Shown here: positions 11,025 to 20,275 of the stretch, piece after piece | Numbering within the stretch: position 1 is the stretch's first letter | How the letters are laid out: each line of letters begins with the position of its first letter | Assembly: GCA_963783575.1 (NCBI GenBank) | Contig: CAWAOD010000015.1 | Location: 128,001-192,000, forward strand | Direction: 5' to 3' | DNA: 64,000 bases | Source of the DNA: an uncultured Spirochaetota bacterium | Lineage (GTDB): Bacteria > Spirochaetota > Brevinematia > Brevinematales > JAOACQ01 | Notes under the pieces: generated by a model | Databases searched by the model: none | Seen by the model: the letters and a program-made list of their open reading frames with translations, nothing else | Told to the model about the DNA's origin: nothing | Program-made: the position numbers and the translations under genes

Positions 11025-11960
11025 ATGCCGAACGTTATGAGAGGTAATGATACTATGTATGATATATGGCTCCATTGGTACGTAATAACTGACTGCTGCA
11101 ATCTGAAATGCAAATATTGCTTTTATGGTACCGCTAAAAAAAAGGGTCGGGTACAACCCATAAAAATTGAAATGCTGCTTAAAACGCTCCGGGCAACCGG
11201 TAAAACATTTAAAATATCTTTCACCGGGGGAGGAGAACCTTTCCTGGTGCCTAATATAGTTGAAGCTTGCGAAGCTTTATCAAGAGAGCATTATATCGCT
11301 TTCAATACCAATCTCACTCCCGGTAATATCAAAAATTTCGCAAAAAAGGTAAATCCTGAAAGAACAATTTTTATTGATGCGTCATTTCACTACGAGCAAT
11401 TAAAAAAAAGGAACCTGATACGGCAGTTTTTATCAAATTACCAAATACTCAAAGACAGAGGTTTTAATGTTATAATCAACATTGTGGCTTATCCGGAGGT
11501 CATGGATTATCTTGATGAAATCTCGGATTTATGCGCACGGCACCATCTGCCCTTCTTTTTTAATGAATTCACCGGAAAATATAAAGGAAAGAAATATCCT
11601 TTGGGCTACACTTCGGAAGAACGGATTAAATTGAATCTAAGTACTGATTCGCGAATTTTTTTCCAGAATAATAAAATCTGTAATGCAGGGTTTAACTGTG
11701 CCGTGGTATCACCTTCCGGCAGCATCTGGCCATGCAGCAGTCTTGGCCCGACACTTGGGAATATCTATCAAAAAATTAAATTCAATGAGAGTAATATACT
11801 CTGCCCTTTTCGTTTCTGTACATGTCCTATGAACATGTTTGACGGCTATCTATTTGAAAAAAGTAAAGAAATACAAACAAAGCCCATTAAATATAATCAG
11901 CTATCCTCTTTTTTTCATAAAATCCGAACACAAATGAACTTGATATCAAATAAAACATAA
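11025..11960 (+). CDS. Radical SAM protein with twitch-like C-terminus, paralog 2
   Basis: CNLKCKYC, GGGEP, CNAG...WPC...CPFRFCTC; colinear with the previous gene; alternative start at 11055. Confidence 0.85.
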   Translation: MPNVMRGNDTMYDIWLHWYVITDCCNLKCKYCFYGTAKKKGRVQPIKIEMLLKTLRATGKTFKISFTGGGEPFLVPNIVEACEALSREHYIAFNTNLTPGNIKNFAKKVNPERTIFIDASFHYEQLKKRNLIRQFLSNYQILKDRGFNVIINIVAYPEVMDYLDEISDLCARHHLPFFFNEFTGKYKGKKYPLGYTSEERIKLNLSTDSRIFFQNNKICNAGFNCAVVSPSGSIWPCSSLGPTLGNIYQKIKFNESNILCPFRFCTCPMNMFDGYLFEKSKEIQTKPIKYNQLSSFFHKIRTQMNLISNKT

Positions 11961-11969
11961 GAGGTTATT

Positions 11970-12953
11970 GTGAGTATTATTGAAATAGAGAATTTATCCA
12001 AGACCTTTCCCTATTATGAAAAGCAGCTAGGCTTCAGGAATTCAATTAAAAATTTATTTTACAGGAAAAAATTATATAAAGAGGCTGTGAAAAAGATTTC
12101 ATTTCAGATTGATGAAGGAGAAATTGTAGGATTTCTCGGGCCAAACGGAGCAGGAAAAACAACAACATTAAAAATGCTCTCAGGAATTCTGTTTCCAACA
12201 TCAGGTTCGATACTTGTTTCCGGATATATTCCTTGGGAAAGAAAAAAACAATATAAAATGCTAATATCCATAATAATGGGACAAAAAAGCCAGCTATGGT
12301 GGGATTTGCCTGCTATCGAATCCCTTTATCTTAATAAATGCATCTATGAAATGGATAATAAATGTTACAGGGTTTTTCTCGATGAATTAACCGACTTGCT
12401 TGATGTGAGACATCTATTGAATATCCAGGTAAGAAGGCTGTCCCTTGGTGAGAGAATGAAAATGGAACTGATCGCGTCATTGATACATAAACCAAAAATT
12501 CTATTTCTTGATGAACCTACGATAGGTCTTGATATAATTACTCAGAAGAAAATCAGGGAGTTTCTGAAATATTATAATGAACAGAATAAAACAACCGTAC
12601 TTCTGACCAGTCACTATATGAAAGATATCGTGGATTTGTGCAGGCGGTCGATCATAATTAATAACGGTGAGATAATTTTTGACGGAGATCTAAACAGGGT
12701 TAACGAATATTTCAGCGGGAGAAAATTAATTAAACTTCAACTTGGCAGAAATATCGAAGAAGGTGTTTTAAAGCAATTCGGACGGCTCAAGAAAATAGAG
12801 GGAATGACGGCTGTTTTTGAAGTTGATAAAAATGAAGTCGGCAAATTATCGGGCAAAATGATAGAATCCCTTCCTATAATCGATTATACAATCGAAGACA
12901 TACCGGTTGAAGAAGGTATAACAATTTTATATGAACAAGGGAAAAAGAGATGA
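11970..12953 (+). CDS. ABC transporter ATP-binding protein (ABC-2 exporter type)
   Basis: GPNGAGKT Walker A, LSLGERMK signature, LFLDEPT, TSH. Confidence 0.92.
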   Translation: MSIIEIENLSKTFPYYEKQLGFRNSIKNLFYRKKLYKEAVKKISFQIDEGEIVGFLGPNGAGKTTTLKMLSGILFPTSGSILVSGYIPWERKKQYKMLISIIMGQKSQLWWDLPAIESLYLNKCIYEMDNKCYRVFLDELTDLLDVRHLLNIQVRRLSLGERMKMELIASLIHKPKILFLDEPTIGLDIITQKKIREFLKYYNEQNKTTVLLTSHYMKDIVDLCRRSIIINNGEIIFDGDLNRVNEYFSGRKLIKLQLGRNIEEGVLKQFGRLKKIEGMTAVFEVDKNEVGKLSGKMIESLPIIDYTIEDIPVEEGITILYEQGKKR

Positions 12954-13759
12954 TTTCTTTGGAAAAATATTATCGATCGTTTCTAATCGGCATTCAAAAC
13001 GCAATGGAATACCGGGCTAATTTTTTGATAAGCATCTTTTCTGCAATTGTCCCTATATTTATCCAGACATTCTTCTGGTTATCAATATATAGATCTTCGG
13101 AACATTCGGTCATTTTCGGGTATACATTCTCACAGATTCTTAACTATACTATACTTGCACAGCTTGTATCAAGGTATGTGAGAACGGGGTTCGAGTATGA
13201 GATTAATGAAGATATAAAAAACGGCGGATTAAATAAATTCATTATAAGACCTATCGGATATTTTACTTATAAATTCTTTTGCTTTATTGGATCCAAGACA
13301 GTTAATTTTCTGATAATATCCATTTTGATAACTGTTTCGATCTTTCTATTAACAGTTAATGTCGGTACGTCCATAACATTACTTTCAATTACATATTTTG
13401 TTTACTCATTGATACTCGCTCTTAGTCTGAATTTCCTGATATTCTTTTGCATCAGCACATTGTGTTTCTGGCTTTCGGAAATAGGCTTTCTATTTGAGGC
13501 CGTCAGGATAATAATAATAACATTAAGCGGCGGTATTTTTCCTCTTGATATCTTCGGCCTGAAAATAGTTAGGGTTTTAAGTTGTATGCCGTTCAAATAT
13601 ACAATAAGTTTTCCTGTTGAATTACTGAATAATAAAATTACAGGTTTTCAGGTATTACAGGGTTTTTCCATTCAAATACTCTGGATAATATTTTTTTTGA
13701 TATTATCAGTTATTTTGTGGAAAATCGGCACTAAAAAATATACAGCCGTTGGAGGATAA
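12950..13759 (+). CDS. ABC-2 family permease
   Basis: MEYRANF start, about 6 TM helices, LSGGIFP, C-terminal YTAVGG. Confidence 0.85.
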   Translation: MISLEKYYRSFLIGIQNAMEYRANFLISIFSAIVPIFIQTFFWLSIYRSSEHSVIFGYTFSQILNYTILAQLVSRYVRTGFEYEINEDIKNGGLNKFIIRPIGYFTYKFFCFIGSKTVNFLIISILITVSIFLLTVNVGTSITLLSITYFVYSLILALSLNFLIFFCISTLCFWLSEIGFLFEAVRIIIITLSGGIFPLDIFGLKIVRVLSCMPFKYTISFPVELLNNKITGFQVLQGFSIQILWIIFFLILSVILWKIGTKKYTAVGG

Positions 13760-13763
13760 GTAT

Positions 13764-14576
13764 ATGTTGAATGTTTTGAAAGAAATCAAAAAACATTTCA
13801 TCATTTATTGTCTTTTCGTAAAAAACAATGTAATGTCTCAAATGGAATACAGGGTTAATTTTTTTACCGGTATCGCAATGGAATTGGGATATCTGATGGT
13901 AAAGATATTGTATCCAATAGTGATTTATCAGTCCGGTACGAAAATAAACGGATTTTCTCCCGACGAACTTTTGATTTTTATCGGTACATTTGTAATAATT
14001 ACCGCATTTTATGCCGGTCTCTTTATGATGAATTTTTTTCATTTCAGAGTTCTTATAAGAGACGGACATTTAGATATAATGATAACAAAGCCGGTATCGC
14101 TGCAATTTATCTCTACTTTAAGACAGTCTGACATAGGACTCTTTTTTATAGATGCTGCAGGCGGGATCGTAATGGTTATTATCGGGTTATTAAGAACCGG
14201 AATCTCAATCTCATTTTTTGATATAATAGGATATGCCGTTTTTATCTCGGCCGGCGCTATTATCGGGTATTCGATTTTTTTAATTCCAGAAATTTTAAAT
14301 TTCTGGTTTGTTAACGCCGGAGCTATTGCTGAAACGGCTGATTCATTCTGGGATTTCAATCTGGTTCCAATGGTGATTTATGATAAGGTCATTCAGCAAA
14401 TCGGTGTATTTGTTCTGCCTCTATTTGTAATTACAAATTTCCCAACGTTATTTATACTAAAAAAAATGAGCTTAATTTACTTTATTTGGGGGTTGCTGGC
14501 CCCGATTATTTTTTTGACATTAAGCCGTCTATTCTGGAAAGTCGCAGTTAAGAATTATTCCAGCGCTAGCAGTTGA
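13764..14576 (+). CDS. ABC-2 family permease
   Basis: MEYRVNF, GHLDIMITKP, C-terminal YSSASS; GGAGG upstream of ATG 13764. Confidence 0.85.
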   Translation: MLNVLKEIKKHFIIYCLFVKNNVMSQMEYRVNFFTGIAMELGYLMVKILYPIVIYQSGTKINGFSPDELLIFIGTFVIITAFYAGLFMMNFFHFRVLIRDGHLDIMITKPVSLQFISTLRQSDIGLFFIDAAGGIVMVIIGLLRTGISISFFDIIGYAVFISAGAIIGYSIFLIPEILNFWFVNAGAIAETADSFWDFNLVPMVIYDKVIQQIGVFVLPLFVITNFPTLFILKKMSLIYFIWGLLAPIIFLTLSRLFWKVAVKNYSSASS

Positions 14577-14597
14577 CAAATATTTATCTGTAATGTT

Positions 14598-14652
14598 TGT
14601 CAGTTTTCCTGATTTATGTCAGATTTCACTACATCTGTCAGATTTTACAACA
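14598..14652 (+). promoter_or_regulatory. Three TGTCAG boxes at 19-bp period; candidate enhancer (UAS) for a sigma54 activator
   Basis: TGTCAG at 14598, 14617 and 14636; the last two form TGT-N11-ACA; they lie about 110-165 bp upstream of a -24/-12 promoter. Confidence 0.55.
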
Positions 14653-14763
14653 CTCTTATCTCATCAATAGGAAGCATAAAAGGATATTTCGAAATTCTAT
14701 AATTAAAAGCTTCACATCAATTAAGAATAATCATCAGCTCTAAAACTCTCTCCGGTCTTTAAT

Positions 14764-14779
14764 TGGCATGCTATTTGCA
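14764..14779 (+). promoter_or_regulatory. Sigma54 (-24/-12) promoter
   Basis: TGGCATGCTATTTGCA = GG-N10-GC, upstream of the GT gene at 14894. Confidence 0.75.
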
Positions 14780-14893
14780 TATTTGAAGGACTGTACAGAT
14801 TATTTAGAAAAACAAAAATCATGGACCCAAGATAAATTATTTAATAAAACTTAAAATCTTCAATTATCATATTGGGTCAAGGAGTATATTGAT

Positions 14894-16006
14894 ATGCCTT
14901 TGTTTATATGGTTGGTTATTGTGCTTGCTGCTTTTTCATTAATAGTTTTTTTATCATCATTGAAGTATATAACATATATTATGAGCAAAACATTTCCAGA
15001 TATGAAGTTACGGGTTAATCTTTTCGTCCCCTGCAAGGGAATGGAACCGAACCTTCTTGAAAATCTCAAAGCTTATGCCAGTCAGGAATATTCTAATTAT
15101 CAAGTTATTTTTGTCACAGCAACGGATGATGATCCTGCAATAGAAGTCATTCGAGAAATTATCAGTTTGTATCCGCATTGCAAGCACATGGCCGCTGGTA
15201 TAAATAATAATTATAGTCAAAAGATCAATAATTTGATTATGGGAACAGAAAGATATAATGAATGCGATATTTTTGCTTTTGGAGACTCTGACATCGCTCC
15301 TGAGAAAAAATGGCTGAGCCGTTTGATTTCCCCGTTAAAGAATCCAAAAATCGGAGCTACAACCGGATACCGATGGTATTGGAAAAATAAAAGAAGTTTT
15401 TTCGAGAATATTGTTATTATGTGGAATGGCTTCATCATATTCTTTATGCTGCTTCCGTTCTATAGATTTATCTGGGGCGGCACTTACGCTGTCCGGAGAG
15501 ATCTGTTTAATAATATGGATGTCAGAAATGTCTGGAATAATGTCGTCACAGAAGACTTTACGCTTACCGCTGTAATCAGAAGCCATGGATATAAAATTCA
15601 CTTTGTTCCCAATTGTATATCTCTTTCTTATTTCGAGTTCAATTTTTTAAGCGGTGTGGAATGGACGACCCGGCAATTACTTCTCTCGAAATTCTATTTC
15701 CAAAGGCTTTTTATCGGGACTTTGATATTTGGGATTTTCGGGTTCCTGGCTTTCGTTTTATTGTTTCCGCTCTACTTAATTGCGTTTCTAATGTTCGGGT
15801 TGATTATTGTGGGAATAACACGGTTTATTTTCCGGCTTCTAAAAATCAATATCAAAATCAGCTATTTTATGTCTTTATATTTAATTGCATCTTGTGTACT
15901 GCTGTTTGTTAATATTGTAATGGCTTTGTTTTCGCATAAACTGAAATGGAGGAATGTAACCTACCATATTCTTTCGGCTAATAAAATGAGGGTGGAAACA
16001 GCTTAA
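14894..16006 (+). CDS. Glycosyltransferase (GT2/GT21, ceramide-glucosyltransferase/HpnI-like)
   Basis: VPCKG, QKINNL, FGDSD, TTGYRW, TED, WTTRQ and C-terminal WRNVTY. Confidence 0.85.
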   Translation: MPLFIWLVIVLAAFSLIVFLSSLKYITYIMSKTFPDMKLRVNLFVPCKGMEPNLLENLKAYASQEYSNYQVIFVTATDDDPAIEVIREIISLYPHCKHMAAGINNNYSQKINNLIMGTERYNECDIFAFGDSDIAPEKKWLSRLISPLKNPKIGATTGYRWYWKNKRSFFENIVIMWNGFIIFFMLLPFYRFIWGGTYAVRRDLFNNMDVRNVWNNVVTEDFTLTAVIRSHGYKIHFVPNCISLSYFEFNFLSGVEWTTRQLLLSKFYFQRLFIGTLIFGIFGFLAFVLLFPLYLIAFLMFGLIIVGITRFIFRLLKINIKISYFMSLYLIASCVLLFVNIVMALFSHKLKWRNVTYHILSANKMRVETA

Positions 16007-16132
16007 AGGTACATTTATATATTCTCACTTTTCATTAACATCCGGTCTTCAATAATAAATCAAAGCAGGCCTTAAAAATTCCCCTGCACGGAGGTTCGAT
16101 TTCTAATTCTATGAGATTCCTAAATCCTCGGA

Positions 16133-16510
16133 TTATTTTTCATTAGTTTTAAAAACTTCTTTGGCTGCTGAAATTCCATTAAGAGCTGCAGGAAAGCCTG
16201 CATAAACAGACATTTGAATTATTATCTCAAGAATTTCTTGTTGCGATAAACCTACATGTAAGCCTGCACTTATATGAACTTTAAGCTGGGGGCTAGCATT
16301 ACCCAAAGCAGTGAGAGCGGCAATTGTTGCAATCTCTCTCGATTTTAAATCAAGATTTTCCCTGGAATAAATATCACCAAATGGATATTCTACCAGGTAG
16401 CGTGCAAAATCTGGTGATATTTCAGCTAAGCCTTTAACTACTTCTGTTCCCTTATTACCATCAACTTCTTCAAGCTTCCTAAGCCCTCGTTCATACCTTG
16501 TTTCTTCCAT
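16133..16510 (-). CDS. Carboxymuconolactone decarboxylase family protein
   Basis: FGDIYSR, REIATIAALTALG, QLKVH, YAGFP; start MEETRY at 16510. Confidence 0.9.
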   Translation of the reverse strand: MEETRYERGLRKLEEVDGNKGTEVVKGLAEISPDFARYLVEYPFGDIYSRENLDLKSREIATIAALTALGNASPQLKVHISAGLHVGLSQQEILEIIIQMSVYAGFPAALNGISAAKEVFKTNEK

Positions 16511-16856
16511 TTTCCATCTCCTTATAAATTTGTATTTTCTTATCAAGAAAAATTAAGTGACTTTGAAGTAAGTCAATTTCTGTTTGAATTGACTGCCTTT
16601 GAGTTATAAGCATCTCTTTTCTTGTAGTAATAGTTGAATCACCTTGATATCGAAGGTCAGAATATATTTTTATATTTTTCAAAGGCATATTTGTTTTTTT
16701 TAAGCGTAGAATAAATTTTAACCAGGTTATGTCTTCTTCGGAATAATCTCTTTTTCCACCTCTTTGCTCTACTTCCCGTAATAATCCCAATTTTTCATAA
16801 TAGCGCAGTGTATGTGCTGTGACTTCTAATCTTTTTGCCGTTTGGGTAATTGTCAT
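16491..16856 (-). CDS. MerR family transcriptional regulator
   Basis: HTLRYYEKLGLL...KRDY HTH motif followed by a coiled coil. Confidence 0.92.
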   Translation of the reverse strand: MTITQTAKRLEVTAHTLRYYEKLGLLREVEQRGGKRDYSEEDITWLKFILRLKKTNMPLKNIKIYSDLRYQGDSTITTRKEMLITQRQSIQTEIDLLQSHLIFLDKKIQIYKEMENGRNKV

Positions 16857-16873
16857 ATTTATCTCCTGTCATA

Positions 16874-16904
16874 ATTGTAATACTTCGAGTAGACTCTTTG
16901 TCAA
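16874..16904 (-). promoter_or_regulatory. MerR-type promoter with 19-bp spacer and operator
   Basis: Minus strand reads TTGACA-aagagtctactcgaagtat(19)-TACAAT with a GAGT-nn-ACTC dyad in the spacer. Confidence 0.8.
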
Positions 16905-17051
16905 ATATTATTTTAAATATTATCAAATTTTTCTATTAGTATTGAGATCATATTTTTTCAAATTTTAGTGATTGTTGATGAAAAATCAAATCAGTAATTT
17001 ATATCAGTTCGAAAAACTCAGGGAGGGCGGTTGATTCCGGACAATGAATGT

Positions 17052-18317
17052 CTATAATTTCAATTCCAATTCTTTATAAATTAATTGTTCCGCTTCATCT
17101 GCGGTATGCTCGCGAATTTTACCTGAAAATTTATAATCGTATTCTTTTAACCCAAAATTATGACGCTTGGCAAAATCCATCAAATAACCGAAAGCTTGTG
17201 GAGTTATCATCGGACAAATCAAATTCTCTTTCTTCAAGATTGCATCTATATTAGCTGTGTCAAAATCCATTGTATCCGCTAATGTATATGGTGAGTAAAT
17301 TTTACCTAAAGTTCTGTAAAATAATTTTTCAATTTCATTCAGATTGGCGGGTCTGTCTTCAACATACTCAATACCGCTGACATTAATCGTATTCAGCATC
17401 ATCTCCATATAGAACTGATGGGACGTCTCTTTGCGGTTTACCACATGAATGCTCTTTTCTTTGCAAGCCAGTAGCGGATACTTAACCAGAACTTTCGCGA
17501 CATAGTCCGCTGGAACTATATTTAAACCGGCGGCCCTGTTGATGGTCATTCGCGCAGGAATGCTGAATTTTTCAGCATACCGATCCTCCCATTTACTGAT
17601 ATTTTTCAGTTTTAAGTGGAGGAAAAAACGAGCCCAATCATAAAAGACGTCAAACTTGTACATTACTCCGTAAGGTTTGGTAATCAATCTTCCGCAAACT
17701 ATTGATAACCTAAAATACAAACATCTAACATTGCTTTTTCTTTCAAAATCCCGTACCAGCATTTCCGATATTAGCTTTGTCTTTTCATAATGATTGCGAA
17801 ACACAACCTTGGGATTGATATAATCCGGCGGAATTTTACCGTAGGTTTTCCCGCAAGTATAAGCCGTTCCTACAAAACAGAAAGTATCAACCTTCAATTG
17901 TTTTACCAGTTCCAAAATTAAAGAGGTACCCCTTACATTAATATTCTCCAGGTTAGAAACCACAGCCGAATTGATCCTGAAATCGCTCAATGCAGCTACA
18001 TGATAAAATAGATCTATTTTTTTGGATTTTAACAGCTTCAAACCGGTCTTGGATATATCCAGATTATCTTTGCTTAAATCAATATCAATAAAAATCACCT
18101 TTTCCCCGATGAAACGGATAATGTCTTCCATAATACTTTCAAAAATGCCTTCATAATTCAGAATTCCAATGATCCTTTCCCGGAGTGAAACGTAATTTTG
18201 TTTTCTGCCCAGGATGATCAGATTCAGTTCATCAAGATTGTTTATGTGTCCCAGGATCAGTTCTATCAGCAAATTTCTGCCTACAAGACTTGTTGCGCCG
18301 TTGATAACGATAATCAT
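17052..18317 (-). CDS. Extended SDR oxidoreductase (fatty acyl-CoA/thioester reductase-like)
   Basis: NGATSLVG Rossmann-like motif, HVAA, NVRGT, YEKTK (YxxxK), RLSIV, NIVPADYVA. Confidence 0.8.
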   Translation of the reverse strand: MIIVINGATSLVGRNLLIELILGHINNLDELNLIILGRKQNYVSLRERIIGILNYEGIFESIMEDIIRFIGEKVIFIDIDLSKDNLDISKTGLKLLKSKKIDLFYHVAALSDFRINSAVVSNLENINVRGTSLILELVKQLKVDTFCFVGTAYTCGKTYGKIPPDYINPKVVFRNHYEKTKLISEMLVRDFERKSNVRCLYFRLSIVCGRLITKPYGVMYKFDVFYDWARFFLHLKLKNISKWEDRYAEKFSIPARMTINRAAGLNIVPADYVAKVLVKYPLLACKEKSIHVVNRKETSHQFYMEMMLNTINVSGIEYVEDRPANLNEIEKLFYRTLGKIYSPYTLADTMDFDTANIDAILKKENLICPMITPQAFGYLMDFAKRHNFGLKEYDYKFSGKIREHTADEAEQLIYKELELKL

Positions 18318-18468
18318 ACTTATTCTTTCCTTACTGTTATTGAAAGTTTATTAATATAAAATTATTACGAAAAAGGCTTTTATTTGCTTATTTTGCGGCC
18401 AGATAACAAACTGTCATAATTCTATACCACAGTCGTCAAATACTGCAATAAAAAAAATTCTAAAAAAA

Positions 18469-20025
18469 TTAAATTTTAATCTTGCCTACAGCAAGCGAAA
18501 GATTTCTAAAAAACTTCAAAGGTCTTACAAAAAAGTTCTTATAAATTATTTCGCTCACAAAAATGGGAAAATAAGCAAATAATGAAACATAAGTTATTAA
18601 AAAAGGATTTTTTTTAAATATTTTATTTTTCTTAACTAAACAAAGAATTTTGTGACCTACATATGTTGTTGTTAAATAAAATAAAAGAGAATAATAATCA
18701 AAAAGTTTATCCGACAATCTATCTTCAGCTTTATAAATATTAAGTGCGTCTTTTATTTTAGTTCCTTCTAATGAATAGAGGTGGTTAACATTCAGATAAT
18801 AAGGAACCGGCAAATTTGAAAGAACATCTAAAGTATCCCGCAAGTCTTTCTCTTTTTCTGCAGGATTATAAGTTATCACATCCACATAAAAATTTATATT
18901 TAATTTTTTAAGCATTCTCGCTACCTCAATATATACTTCTTTATTGAAAGCTCTGAAAAATATATCTTTATTTATTCTCTCACTGCCTGATTGCAAAGCC
19001 AGGCAAGTTGAAGTAAGTCCTGTTTCCTTTAGAATTTTAAGCTGGTTATTCAATCCTTTTAAAGGAAATATGAAGCAGAAAAAAGGAAAATTTATTTCTT
19101 TTATATAATATTCTTTAAATTCTTTAAGCCAATTAATATCTAAAGAAAAAACATCATCTTCAAATTGAATTTCTTTAAAATCAAGAATTTCCTTTGCTTT
19201 TTTCAATTCCATAATAACATTGAGAGGAGATCTTCTTCTTAAAAATCTTTCACCGGGATATTGCTTTTTTAAAAAATCTTCACAACAATAAGAACAATTA
19301 AAAGGGCAACCTCTGGCTGTAATAGTGTGATATTTCTTAGAATAACTAAATTCTTTAAAATCGCTAATTAAAGTATCTTTTTCAATCATATACTTGTTTT
19401 CTGATGAAATATCCTTAAAGGGCAATTCATCTAGATTATCAATTAAGCGATTTAGAGGATTTCTTATTAAATCATCATTTTTAAGATAGCATAAATTATT
19501 AATAGAATTCAACTCTTTTTTTATATCGATATTTTTTGCAATATCAACAATTGTTTTTTCACATTCTCCGATACAAACGAAGTCACAATAATTTAGAGAC
19601 TCTTTAGGATTTATAGTAGGATGCGGGCCGCCCCATATCAATGTTATTGACGGATAATTTTTTTTTAAAATATATGATACTTCTATCGCTCTCTTCTTGT
19701 TAGGAGAGGTTACACTAATGCCGATAAGATCAGGAGATATTTTTTTAACGAGATTAATCAGTGTATTTTTTTCATATTCAATTAATTCCGGTCCGGTGGC
19801 AAAAGAAAATTTTTTCCCATACTTATTCGTCCCCACCCAAGATTCGCTGTTAACAACCTTGCTTGGTTTTACATACATTTTTGTTTTTGTAGCTGGAAAA
19901 CCGTTTCGTTGAAGAAATAGAATGTGAGATTCATGTCCTTCTCTTTTTAATATTGCAGACATAAGTCTAATTCCTGTCGCATTTATGTCATTAAGAGATA
20001 TAAATAAAACTTTTGCCATATACAC
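18469..20025 (-). CDS. B12-binding radical SAM protein
   Basis: WGGPHPT, IGECE, ARGCPFNCSYC, FEDDVF, QSGSER. Confidence 0.88.
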   Translation of the reverse strand: MYMAKVLFISLNDINATGIRLMSAILKREGHESHILFLQRNGFPATKTKMYVKPSKVVNSESWVGTNKYGKKFSFATGPELIEYEKNTLINLVKKISPDLIGISVTSPNKKRAIEVSYILKKNYPSITLIWGGPHPTINPKESLNYCDFVCIGECEKTIVDIAKNIDIKKELNSINNLCYLKNDDLIRNPLNRLIDNLDELPFKDISSENKYMIEKDTLISDFKEFSYSKKYHTITARGCPFNCSYCCEDFLKKQYPGERFLRRRSPLNVIMELKKAKEILDFKEIQFEDDVFSLDINWLKEFKEYYIKEINFPFFCFIFPLKGLNNQLKILKETGLTSTCLALQSGSERINKDIFFRAFNKEVYIEVARMLKKLNINFYVDVITYNPAEKEKDLRDTLDVLSNLPVPYYLNVNHLYSLEGTKIKDALNIYKAEDRLSDKLFDYYSLLFYLTTTYVGHKILCLVKKNKIFKKNPFLITYVSLFAYFPIFVSEIIYKNFFVRPLKFFRNLSLAVGKIKI

Positions 20026-20275
20026 TTTTCCTTTTTTACCCAGTAAAAAAAGACTGCATTTTTTGGGTTAAAAAAATTTTAGCATTAGCATTTCCTGCAT
20101 ACCTTAAGGTTTCTTTCAAACTCTGCAAAGGCACTGAGGATTTGATTGATAGGACAAATTATAATCAGAGAAGGGTAAAAACGCAATAAAAAGTCGAAAA
20201 AAAAAGCCGGGCGTGGCTTATTGATTGAAACCATGGAAAAGCTAAGGATAGGCGGATGATCCTTACCAATGAATT

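Noticed and set aside
7194..11960. RiPP system around the SPASM/twitch radical SAMs
   Set aside because: No precursor peptide ORF or RRE/PqqD domain was seen; the neighbours point to ACP and sugar substrates
14598..14652. Mini CRISPR or tandem repeat
   Set aside because: The units are 19 bp with only a 6-10 bp shared core, there are no spacers and no cas genes
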